A DNA stretch of 63,702 nucleotides, the filler included, from Chiloscyllium plagiosum (Eukaryota), in assembly GCF_004010195.1 (NCBI RefSeq). It is 4 parts of one record of this genome, joined end to end, with 100 filler letters (N's around TTAATTAATTAA, not from the genome) between each part and the next. Parts side by side here need not be neighbours in the genome. Positions count along the whole stretch, not along the records: positions 1 to 23,125 come from NC_057716.1; 3 more parts are not named here. One strand, given 5' to 3'. The number at the start of each line of letters is the position of its first letter. Position 1 is the first letter of the stretch. Positions 1-11,739 of this stretch are shown here, one piece after another. Under the pieces are notes generated by a model. That model worked only from the letters and a program-made list of their open reading frames with translations. It did no database searches and had not been told where the DNA came from. Both the position numbers and the translations under genes were made by a program.

Positions 1-448
1 AAGAAGGAGAATCGACGTTTCGGGCATAAGCCCTTCTTCAGGAATGAGGAGGGTGTGCCAAGTAGGCTAAGATAAAAGGTCAGGAGGAGGGACTTGGGGG
101 AGGGGCATTGGGAATGCAATAGGTGGAGGGAGGTTAAGGTGAGGGTGATAAGCCAGAGAGGGGGTAGGGGGGTGGAGAGGTCGGGAAGAAGATTGCAGGT
201 CAAGAAGGTGGTGCTGAGTTCCTAGGCGGAACCCCCTCTCTGGCCCATCACCCTCACCTTGACCTCCTTCCACCTATTGCATTTCCAACGCCCCTCCCCC
301 AAGTCCCTCCTCCCTACCTTTTATCTTAGCCTGCTGGACACACTTTCCTCATTCCTGAAGAAGGGCTTATGCCCGAAACGTCGATTCTCCTGTTCCCTGG
401 ATGCTGTCTGACCTGCTGCGCTGTTCCAGCAACACATTTTCAGCTCTG
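1..448. mobile_element. Penelope-like element terminal region present as an inverted pair (about 1-165 versus 232-392)
   Basis: Arms are reverse complements of each other and each carries CTGAAGA-A-GGGC-TTAT-GCCC-GAAAC-GTC; same terminal sequence as the short foldback elements elsewhere. Confidence 0.75.
350..390 (+). ncRNA. Minimal hammerhead ribozyme motif (Penelope-associated)
   Basis: CUGAAGA 355-361, stem II GGGC/GCCC with UUAU loop, GAAA 375-378, then CGUC (palindromic ACGU helix III; GUC cleavage triplet 380-382). Confidence 0.7.
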
Positions 449-2289
449 AATCTGATAATAATTTGTCTCAGTGTCATTTTCATTGAGTGTGACAGAGGGA
501 TTGTCTTTCCAAGGTCGAGCTAGTTTCCTAATGCTATCTTATCGATCTCACCTTATTTACAACCCACTCAACCACATGATGTCCCTCTCATTCAATGCCA
601 GCCCAATTCTCAAACCCATCATGGCTAGAGGTACTCACTATCGTCCGGATGACTCTGGATATTCTATGATCGATGGCACTGGTGCCATCTTTATAAGGCC
701 AATGGGCACACGGCTGCGCTTTCTCAGTTTGGAACTGCTCTGCACAGTTTACCCCGAGCATGGCAGATAAGGGGCAATTACACCACGATTTTTCGGTACG
801 GGCATGGAGGTCCTGGTGGATCAGCTAGTACAACGGTGAACCATTCTCTTCCCGGGGTAGGCAGCACCACCAGACCCACCGAGCATGGTATGAGCTCACC
901 ACCCAGCTTGGTGCGGTCTGAAGAAATGTCCAGCAATACAGAACCTTCCCACTCTATCAGGATAAGTGTTACCATATTCTCTTTGCTCCCTCACACTCAC
1001 TGCATATCTGTTACAGCGTCATCCCCAGAATAAGGCTCCATCACTCTCACTACTGCATGTAGCACCTTCTCTCTCTCTCTCTCTCTCTCACCTACGCAAC
1101 ACCCCCACATTGTTATAAAATGTTCTGGAGAGTTTCTAGAATTCTCTGGATGATGTAGTTTGTGCAATGTTCCAGAAAATTTTCAAATTAATACACAACT
1201 TCAGCAAATGTTCGTCCCCAATGTGTAACACATCAACGGAAGAAGCAGAGTTTTACTTTTAAAAAAAAACACTCAGGACGAAAGTGCGTCATGAGGCCAT
1301 TAAGCCTCTCGAATATACTCCACTATTCAGACAAAGGGAGCACCTAAACACTTGAAGACTCCCTCTCTTCCTGAAGACAGGTGCCACATTGGAGGTTCTC
1401 AAGTATTGCTGGAACACTCCAGCCATCCAGAAAGTTATGCAATATTTCACACAGTGCCACCAGTCACTCTGAATCCACTTCTATTAAAACCAGTTTTGAA
1501 TTGCTGACGACCTGTTTACCCTTGGTCTTATCTGTTGAGAAAAGCCTTGTTTGTTTTATTAGATACAGTGCAAGAACTTCCATCTGACCACAATTTTGTT
1601 TATATTATTGAAACTCTTTGTGACTTCCCCTGTGAGGAACGATTTAAAATAATGTTTTAAATTATCTGCCTTTTCCCTGAAACCAGTTCCCCAGTCACAT
1701 CCTCCAGGTGTCCCACATATTCTTTCCTGCCTTTCTTCCAAGGGTCACACACACATCATGAACGTTTTGTATTCCATATGGGAAAAGTCTTGTGGTTAGT
1801 TTTTTTTTCATGTTTCTTGCCAGTTTTGGAATATTTTTCTTGGCATGTTACTTTATGCAATCTGCTTCTGGTTCCAAAAATAAACTTCCCAAAGCTGGCG
1901 AATGCTAGAGCTCCCCAATCTAAATTCTTTAGTTTGTGATTGATTAGTATCCTTCACAGCCTTTGTGCACCATGGGTGGTTCATCTTCACATCTTCATAT
2001 CACCTTTTTTTTTAATCAGAGTCAATCATTGCTAAGCGTTATGAAATATCTGCTTAAATGTCTCCCCCACATATCTACTGACGTTCACCTGGGTCTATTT
2101 TCACATTCCGTTGTAGATAATATATAAGACATAAATCTGCAATTGAAATGCTTGGCTCTTCTCAATCATTCTGGGGGAACTTCTGTATGTGGCTGAACAC
2201 ATGATCAGCTGAGAGTGACTTCATTCTTCCAGTTTCTCTGGCTCCATCATTTTTGTTCGATGATGCCACATTCCAGTGGGAAGCTTCCT

Positions 2290-2811
2290 ACATGTAATCC
2301 TTTTCTCTGAAACGAGAAATCATCTGATTCTGGTGGACAGAAATTTCAACTGCGACTGTATCATCTCCCTCACTTCTGCCCTCACTCTGTCCCCTCCTTC
2401 CCAGAATAATGATGGATCTCGCCTTGTCCTCACTTCCTCCTGCACTTGAGTCTACATTCACAGAATCATGCTCCGTCACTTGCACCACATCCAGCGGGAC
2501 AGCACCATCAAACACATTTTCCTCGCCCAACTACTGTCAGCATTTCACAGGGACCATTCCCTCTGTGACACCCTCCATCACCCCGAACAAAACCCCTCCC
2601 TCCATGTCACCTAAGCATGCAATTACAGAAGCTGAAACACTTGCCCATTCACCTCTACCCGCCTCAGTGTCCAAGGCCCCAGTCACAACTTCCAGATGAA
2701 GCAGCATTTCACTTGTACACTTTCAATCCAGTCCCCTGTCATTCATGCTCACAATGCAGTCTCCTTTACATTAGTGAGCCCAACAGAAACTGCTTTGAGG
2801 AACACCTCCAG
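2290..2811 (+). mobile_element. Decayed Penelope-like RT-tail / GIY-YIG remnant
   Basis: Degenerate CSQCSLLYISE (C-x2-C...YIGE-like GIY-YIG motif) at about 2740-2790; a homologous remnant lies at 8020-8300. Confidence 0.55.
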
Positions 2812-3057
2812 ACTGTCTGTAGGAATGTAGGAGAAAGTGAGGTCTGCAGATGCTGGAGATCAAAGTTGAAACTTTATTGCTGGAACAGCACAGCAGGTCA
2901 GGCAGCATCCAGGGAACAGGCGATTCGACGTTTCGGGCACAGGCCCTTCTTCAGGAAGGAAGGGCCTGTGCCCGAAACGTCGAATCTCCTGTTCCCTGGA
3001 TGCTGCCTGACCTGCTGTGCTGTTCCAGCAATAAAGTTTCAACTGTCTGTAGGAATG
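2812..3057. mobile_element. Short Penelope-derived foldback insertion with 16-bp TSD
   Basis: TSD actgtctgtaggaatg at 2812-2827 and 3042-3057; near-perfect inverted arms of about 85 bp; intact hammerhead core on the minus strand at 2927-2955. Confidence 0.8.
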
Positions 3058-3119
3058 ACCCTGTTCTTCTGATTGCTCCCCAGTTCAATAAATTACATTG
3101 CTCTCAAGCAAATGAGAAT

Positions 3120-5705
3120 TCTTTGAAGAGGCAATGAACAGGTTAGATCAAGGAGAGCCAATGGGAATTACCTATGTGGACTTTGGAAGGCGTCTGATAA
3201 GGTGCCATGCAGGAGGCTGCAGAGTAAGATAAGGGCCCATGGTGTTAGCGGCCAGCTACTAACATGGGTGAAGTTGGCCGTCTGCCAGAAAGCAGAGTGT
3301 GGTGTAAAATGGTCCTGCTCAGAATGGCAGCGGGTGACTAGTATTGCTTCACAAGGATCAGTGGTAGGACCACAACATTTCTCTTTATAGGTTAATGATC
3401 TGGATGGCAGAACTGAGGGTACTTTGGCTACGCTTACAGATGATGAAAAGATAGGTGGAGGGGCAGGTAGTATTGAGGAGGCAGGAAGACTGCAAGGAAG
3501 ATTCGACAGTTTAGGAGAGTGGGAAATGAGTGGTAGATGCAATATAATGTGGCAGAGTGTGAGGTCATGCATTTTGGTATGAAGAATACAGGTATGGACT
3601 ATTTGCTAAATGGGAAGAAAATTGAGAGATCTAAAGTGCAAAGGGACTTGGGATTCCAAGTCCAGGATTCGCCAAAGATAAACTTGCAGTTTGAGTCAGT
3701 AGATAAGAAGGCTATACGAATTTGTCATTCATCCCGAGAGGACTAAAATATAGAGATGGGGATTTGGAGGCTTTCTAAGGCTCTGGTCACACCACAGTTC
3801 CATATTTTGGGCGTAATTCCTCAGGAAGAATGTATTGGCCTTGGTGTGTGTCTACAGGAAGTTCACGGAAATAATTCCAGAAATGGAAAGCTTAACACAT
3901 GAGGAACGTTTGAGATCTCTGTGTTTATACTTGATGGAGATTAGAAGGATGGCGGGATAGAACATAGAATAGTACAGCACAGAACAGGCCCTTCAGAACA
4001 CGATGTTGTGCCGACCATTGATCCTCATGTATGCACCCTCAAATTTCTGTGACCATATGCATGTCCAGCAGTCTCTTAAATATCCCCAATGACCTCGCTT
4101 GCACAACTGCTGCTGGCAACGCATTCCATGCTCTCACAACTCTCTGTGTAAAGAACCCACATCTGACATCCCCTCTATACTTTCCTCCAACCAACCTAAA
4201 ACTATGACCTCTCGTGTTAACAATTTCTGCCCTGGGAAAAAGTTTCTGGCTATCAACTCTATCCATGCCTCTCATTATCTTGTACACCTCAATTAGGTCC
4301 CCTCTCTTCTTTCTTCTTTCCAATGAAAAAAGTTCGAGCTCAGTCAAACTCTCTTCGAAAGATAAGCCCTCCATTCCAGGAAGCATCCTGGTAAACCTCC
4401 TCTGAACCCTCTCCAAAGCATCCACGTCTTTCCTATAATAGGGCGACCACAACTGGACACAGTATTCCAAGTGCGGTCTTACCAACGTTTTATGGAGCTG
4501 CAACAAGATCTCACTGCTCTTAAACACAATCCCCTGTTCATGAAAGCCAAAACACCACATGCTTTCTTAACAACACTGTCCACCTGGGTGGCAATTTTAA
4601 GGGATCTATGTACTTGCACTCCAAGATCCCTCTGTTCCTCCACACTGCCAAGAATCCTGTCTTTAATCCTGTACTCAACTTTCAAGTTCGACCTTCCAAA
4701 GTGCATCACTTCGCATTTATCCAGGTTGAACTCCATCTGCCACCTCTCAGCCCATCTCTGCATCCTGTCAATGTCACGCTGCGGCCTACAACAGTCCTCT
4801 ATACTGTCAACGACACCCCCAACCTTTTTGTCGTCTGCAAACTTGCTAACCCAACCTTCAATCTCCTTATCCAAGTCATTAATGAAAATTACAAACAGTA
4901 GAGGCCCAAAAACAGAGCCCTGTGGAACACCACTCACCACTGACTTGCAGGTAGAATATTTTCCTTTCACTACCACTCGTTGTCCTCTGTCGACCAGCCA
5001 ATTCTGTATCCAGACAGCTAAACTTCCCTCTATCCCATTCCTCATGACCTTCTGAAATAGCCTACCATTGGGAAACTTATCAAATGCCTTACTGAAGTTC
5101 ACATGCATCACACTCATCAATGTGTCTAGTCACATCCTCAAAGAACTCAATACGCTTTGTGAGGCATGACCTGCCCCTCACAAAGCCGTTCTGACTGCCT
5201 TTAATCACGCCATTCTCTTCCAGATGGTCATAAATACTATCCCTCAGAATCATTCGTAACATCTTGCAGACGACAGACGTGAGACTGACTGGTCTGTAAT
5301 TGCCGGGGATTTCCCTGTTTCCTTTCTTGAAGAAAGCATCTGATTGAAACTTACAGAATACTGAATAGCCCGGACACAGAAGTCTTTGGGAGGACGTTTG
5401 CACTGGCAGAAGAGCTAAGGACCTGAAGGCATAGGCTTAGAGCAAAGCGAAGACCCTTTTAAACAGAGATAAGATGGAACTTCTTTGACCAGATAGTTTT
5501 GAAACTGTGGAATTCCTTACCACAGAAGGCTGTGGAAACTAGATCATGTGTTATGTTTAAAACAGAGGCAAATGTGTTCTTGATTGTCAAGGTGATCGAT
5601 GGTCACTGAGAGAAATCAGGGAAATGAGTTTCAAAATCGATCAGTCATGATCGAATGTTGGAGCAGACTCGATGGGCTGAATGACCTAATGTCTGCTCCT
5701 AAAGT
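3120..5705 (+). mobile_element. Old CR1 LINE RT/3' region, interrupted by a younger antisense CR1 (3961-5335)
   Basis: Degenerate RT motifs (SQGSVVGP, KCEVMHFG); the host resumes at about 5338 and ends in the 3' tail aatgacctaatgtctgctcct. Confidence 0.8.
3961..5335 (-). mobile_element. CR1 LINE, 5'-truncated ORF2 (RT) plus 3' UTR
   Basis: NYRPVSLTS, SGVPQGSVFGPLLFVIFINDLD, SKFADD, RPHLEYCVQLWSP, FFTQRVVRAWNALP; frameshifted. Confidence 0.93.
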
Positions 5706-5731
5706 CTTGTGGGATAAAGTTTTCTAGTCCT

Positions 5732-5900
5732 GGGTGGCACGGTAGTTCAGTAATTAGCACTACTGCCTCACAGCACCAGGCCCATGGGTTCCATTACAGC
5801 CTCGGATGAGTACCTGTGTGGCGTTTGTACATATCTGCATGGATTTCTTCTGACATTCAAAGATGTGCATGTTACGTGAACTGGCCATGCTAAATTGCCT
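5732..5900 (+). mobile_element. HE1-type tRNA-derived SINE, partial
   Basis: A-box ggcacggtagttcagtaattagcact; body ending tggccatgctaaattgcc. Confidence 0.75.
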
Positions 5901-6509
5901 TTGATTAAGATTCAACCACAATCTGTAACTTTTTTCCCCGGATATCCCTCAGTCTCCCATTACCATGAAGCCAATCTATGGTTCAGTGACAAGTATGGGT
6001 GACATGTCAGGTCAGAACCATGTGTACCTAAACCTGATGACAACTTATTAAAGCTACTGCACTTACTGCTTACATTAACACACAACAGAACTGACATCTG
6101 ATAGAGAGGGCGCAAAGATCCACTCTATTGAAACCAACTCAGAATTGCTGCTGACCTGCTTACCCTTACCCTTATCTGTTTGTTAGAAACGCTGTTCCTT
6201 TTTTAGAGACAGTTCAAGAACTTCCTTCCTATTAACATTTTGTTTATATCATTGAAATACATACAGTTCCTTCCCCTGTGAGGAATGATGTAACACGCGG
6301 GTATAAATTAGCTGTCTGCTCCCTTTAGCCAGTTCCCCAGTCACACCCTCCAAATGTCCTCAATATACTTTCCTGACTTCATTTCGACCTACGTTGACAC
6401 ACTCATAGTGAAAGGTTTTTTATAAACATGGAAAAGTTTGTGATGCTTGTTTTTGTATTTCTTGCCAATTTGAATTCGTTTTTTTCTTCTCTTTTCCTCA
6501 CTTTTTAAA

Positions 6510-6900
6510 TTCACAGTCATATACCGCACAAACAGACCCTTTGGTCTAACTTGTCCATGCTGACCAGGTTTTCCAAACTAAACTAGCCCCATATGCTTGC
6601 ATTTCCCCGATATGCCTATAAACATTTCATACGTTTGTCTTAATGTCTTTGAAATGTTGAAGCTGTACTTGCATCTACCACTCTTCCTCTGCAGCTCATT
6701 CCATACACACATCACCCTCTATGTGAAAACGTTGCCCCTTCATCCCTTTCAAAGTTCCTCCTTTCCACCTTAAAGCTATATCCTCTATATTTTAACTCTC
6801 CTATCCTGTGGAAAAGACCTTGGTTATTCACCATTATCCATGCTTCTCATTAATTTATATGCTTCTATAATGTCACCCCTCGAACTCCTACACTCCATCT
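6510..6900 (-). mobile_element. CR1 LINE 3' fragment
   Basis: Reverse complement of the CR1 3' end (acagacccttt...gtcacccctc), as in 23860-24330. Confidence 0.75.
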
Positions 6901-9544
6901 GATACTAACTTCAAGAACAAGCATTTTAAGATAAGCACTGCAAATTTGAAACAGCATTCAAAATGACAGGTAAACAACGCTCAGCCCAAACTCCATACTG
7001 TGATTTGTTTTTCTCCATATTTCATACTAAGGCAGCATGCAACTTTTACTCGTGCCAGTAAGAAGTCAAACAACTGAATTCCTTTGTCGAAAGGGGCTGA
7101 TGATTTCTACAGTGAAAACGTATCTCTGGCCAGATCCATGTAAAAAATGGAATTCCAATACCACACTGTCAGCATGCGGTTGCTTTTAACAGAGTGAGAT
7201 GAAAGCTGAGTATACTTTTGGAAATTTGCAGCAAAGTGTGAATTCAGGTCAAAGGGGGAGAGGTACTTTCAATAAGATTTCCAAGAAAGTTTCCTCCAAG
7301 AAGGAAACTTTCCGGAATGAGATGCGAGTTGGAGGTAGAAAACAGCAAGAATAGAGAGGCTGAGCCACACTGAGACCGGAGGCAAAATGGCAGCACAAAA
7401 CGCAGCTTGATGCCTGTGCAGTGAAGGTAGACTCGATCAAAGAGCTTCAGGTGAAGTGGGTTGGAACCATAATGTGCGAGAATGTGCTCTGTAATTGGAG
7501 AGGGAGAACCTGGAATCAGGTAACATGCAGGGAAGAGGATGGAGCAGCAATGGCAGGGGTTTCTGGGATAATTCAGGAAGCACAGCTGAAAGTCATGCCC
7601 AACATCTGCTTCTGGTCTCTGAAATTTACATCCTACATCTGTCCCTACACTAATACTCATCAAATTGTGATTGAATAGTATCCTTAACAGCTTTTGGCAA
7701 CAATGGGTGATCCATATTCTTATCAAGTCCTCCTTTTTGAACAAAAACAATATTTTCTGAGCATTGTGGGATATCTGCTTGAATGTCTAACCATGTACAC
7801 CTTCTGACCTTCCTCTAGGTCTAGTTCCACATCCCACTTCAGACCATATGTGAGACAGAACCCACAATTTAGACGTCTGGTTATTTTCAGGGGGTCCTTC
7901 TGCAAGTGTTTGAACACATGATCAGCGGAGGCTGACTCCATTCTCCCAGTTTTTCCAACTCTGTTGTTTCCGTTTGATGATGCCACACTCCAATAAGCTG
8001 CGCCTGACGTGAGCTATTCAGTCTCCTGTCATTTCTGCTCACAATGCCATCTCCTTTATACTGGGGAGACCAAACAGAGACTGCTTTGAGGAACATTCCC
8101 ACTCTGTCTGTAGGAATAACCCTGACCTTCTCATTGCTTCCCATTACAATAACCTACCTTGCTCTCATGCTGACATTTCGGTCCTGGGCTGCTGCAATGT
8201 TCCAGTGAAGCACAACCGAAACTCGCATAACACTTCACTTTACACTTTGATATGTTACAACCCGTAGGTGTTAATATTCGATCCCATAACTTCACAGCCT
8301 TAACCCCATTATGGCCTTTCTCCATTTTTCATTCATTCTCCCTTTTGGTTTCCCCATGACCTTGTGTGGTTGTGTCGCCTTTCTCTTGCACACAATAGAG
8401 GGAAACCGTTTCCCCATTCACATATTAATTGAAATCCGTTTTACATCATCTTCTCGTAAAAGATAAACGGACTTTTACGAGAAGATGATGCAAAACGCCC
8501 TCTATTCCCCGTCACCCATCACCCACCTCTGGCAAGGGATTAAAGAACCCATTTTAGAATCCTTTTCAGTTCTGAAGAAGTGTCACACTGTACTTGAAAT
8601 GCTAACTCTGTTTCTCTGTCTCTGCAGATGCTGCCACACCTGCTGAGTTTCTCCAGAAATGAATAGGCACAGAACAAATTTTCAGTTAAACAAATAATTA
8701 TGGATACTGTAAATAAAAAGACAAACATTTCTGGAGAAACTGGGATCTTTGTAGAAGGGTCACTGGACGCGAAGCATGAACTCAGCTTTCACTGCACAAG
8801 ATGCTGCCGGACCTAGAGTCATAGAGATGTACAGCATGGAAACAGACCCTTACGTCCAGTGTGTCAAAGCTGACCAAACGCCCTGTCCAATATGGAGCGC
8901 CATACACCAGGAAGTGAAGGATAACACAAGGTGCACCTATTCATTGGTTCTGGAACTACAAAACGCTGACGTCAATGACTCTACAGAGCTCTTAATCGTG
9001 GTCAGGGAGAGAAACAGTGGGAAACACATTCACATCAAACAAAGATGATGACATTACGGGAATGGAAAAGATTCAGGTGAATATGTTAACGAGTTTGAAT
9101 ATTGTAACAAATTGGAGGCGTGACACTGGGGAGAGACCTAACTGAATGAGAATATGGAACTGGAAGTAATGCCGCATCAGAAACCAGGTTAGGTCACTGA
9201 GTACACGGCTGATTGGGTGTGAATTGGGGGTCAGTCACTAGAATTGAATTGCAGATATATCAGCTCAAACTGGGCATTTTTGTGATGATATAGACCAAAG
9301 CAGCAGGAGCAGAAGCAGAATTGTGTTCAATCACCATCTGTAACTTTTTCTCCGGGATAATCTCTCAGTCTATCATTACAATCATCCGATCTATGGTTCA
9401 GTGACAAGTGTGGGTGAACATGCCAGAGTTAGAACCATGTGTACCTAAAACTGATTGCAACCCATTAACGCTAATGCACTTGTATGGTTGCATTCCAAAC
9501 AGCAGAACCAACACCTGACAGAGAGGGTGAAATGATCGCCAGAC

Positions 9545-10100
9545 CAACAGATGAGATCTAAACTCTGCCGTCCTGCCATATCCAATTATAAAGGTCAATA
9601 CACTCTTAAACAACTCATTGGAGGAGATTACTCCACAAATATCCCAATCCTAAATAATGGAACGGCCTTGTACCTCAGTGTACAAGGTAAGGATGTAGTA
9701 TCTGCACCATACGCAGCCAGAAATGTTGATTCGATGATCCAGCTCACCCTCCCCATCATGCCCACAGAATCACAGATGCCAGTCTTCACACAATTTGATT
9801 GGCTGCAAGTGACATGAAGAAACAGCTGAACACAGTAGATACGATTGAGGCAATGGGCCCTGACACCATTCCTGCAATAGGACTGAAGACTTGTGCTGCA
9901 CAACAAGGTTGGGGAGCTGTTTCATTCCATCTCCAACTCTGACATCTCCCTGGCAAAGTGGAAAATTACTCATCTATGTCCCGTTCCCGAAGAGGGGAAT
10001 AATTACAAACTGTCCATTTACGACGCGCTCAGTCCCATCGCCATAGTGAAATTGGTGGGAGTTCCTTTTGATAGAGCTATCAAGCAGCACAGAAATAACC
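9545..10100 (+). mobile_element. Decayed CR1/L2-group LINE RT fragment (probably the second LINE family)
   Basis: Degenerate AMGPDTIPAIGLKTCA motif upstream of the RT core. Confidence 0.6.
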
Positions 10101-11429
10101 AGCTCAGTGTGGTTTTTGATAAGTCCCCATGTGGAGATGATGCTGTTGTGGAAATGTCACTGGTTACTCATCCAGACCAAGCTAATGATCTGGCAGCTGG
10201 TGGAAGTTAAAAGTAATTAATAAAATGTTGAGATCTAAAATCTGGCGTCAGTAACAGTGACCCTGAAGCCAATGTCAATTGTAAGCACCAATTGCCTTCC
10301 TCTAAGTACTTTAAGGAAGTGAGTCTCCCGTGCTTTCCTGGTCTGGTCTAAAAGTTACTCCAGACACTCAGACATGTGATAAACTCTTCAATAGTCTCTG
10401 AATCGGCCAAGCAAACGCTAAATTGTATCTAACTGTTCCAAGTTCTTAATGGATAAAACAGGACAGGACATCAACCCTCGGTATAGGAATAGGGAATGGA
10501 AAACATAGTCGTGTTGACCTGCAAATGTCTCCTTCCTAACATCTGAGAGTTTGTGACAGCAGTTCAAAAGTTTACCCACAGACTGCACAGAAACATCCGG
10601 AAAGGAGTAGGTCATTCAACACATTCAGCCTTTCCCGTCTAGTTAATGGAGAAAATTTCCTCAATGCAGTTTTCCACATACAGTGTTCATATCCCTTAGT
10701 AAGTTTAAATATAGAGATAGATAAAATAAAATAAAAACCTGCTGTAATCCCTTCAGTCCAACAATTTTGCTCCTCCATTCTAAATACAGGCAGTTCTCCG
10801 ATAATGTGTGTTTATCAAACCCAACTTCAATACAACACGAATTGTGCAACTTTCCTTATAAAGCGAGATCACGATTACTGGGACACGATTCCTTTCCTGG
10901 CACCAGCTTAACAGCAAATTCCAGCCTCAGGATCCTCTGACTGCAAAATGCACCCTCAGCGTGTTCAGCTAAAACAGGAATGTAATCCGCTCTGCAGGCC
11001 TTGAACCTGAGCCTGAAACTGGGAATTGCAGTCAACATTGGGAAGGAACTTTATTTTAAACTGGGGGAGAGTCTTGATGCAAACTGGAATTCTGCGTCTG
11101 CATCATGTGGTCAGTCAGCTTGTGCGCTTCCTGGTGAAGAGTTTCGTGAAAGGTGCAAGGCTGTAGTCAGCTGTTGTTGTGTGAAAGTGTTATATTTACT
11201 GTACTATTACATTACAATATATCATTTGAAGATTTACGTACAATGCTATCGTTTGTGTTTGGCTGACCTATTTTTGTTTTGATTTTTCCTGATAGTATTG
11301 GGGCTTCGCCCATTATCCTCTTTTCCCCCATAGGTTCCATTGTTTATATTGTATCGTTTTCTATAATACGGTGTTCCACAGGAACGCAGCTGCTGCATTA
11401 CTGGAAAACCAATAATTGAAATGATCGCT

Positions 11430-11693
11430 GATTCCCGCCTCAGGCAACTGTCTGTGTGGAGTTGGCATATTCTCCACGTGTCTGCGTGGGTTTATGCCGG
11501 GTACTCCAGTTTCCTCCCACAGTCCAAAGATGTGCAGGATAGGTGAAATGACCATGCTAAATTGCCCATAGCGTGGGGTGAAGGGGTAAATGTGGGGGAA
11601 TGCGTCTGGGTGGGTTGCTGTTCGGAGGGTCGGTGTGGACTTGTTGATCCGAAGGGCCTGTTTCCATACTGTAATTTATCTAATCTAATCTAA
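11430..11693 (+). mobile_element. HE1-type SINE, 5'-truncated
   Basis: ctgtctgtgtggagtt...cccacagtccaaagatgtgcagg...gggcctgtttcca, (taatc)n tail. Confidence 0.85.
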
Positions 11694-11739
11694 TACACTA
11701 TCTCCACAACATACCCCTGCCCTCCCCCCATCCTTTTCG

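Noticed and set aside
1449..1490. V(D)J recombination signal (cacagtg)
   Set aside because: No nonamer at 12- or 23-bp spacing and no V or J segment nearby.
4039..5403. Active reverse transcriptase gene
   Set aside because: 5'-truncated and frameshifted CR1; no intact autonomous element is present in the window.
7723..7986. 87-aa ORF with a similar peptide at about 2165-2270
   Set aside because: Similarity follows from the DNA duplication; the other copy has a stop and part of the ORF overlaps a CR1 relic.
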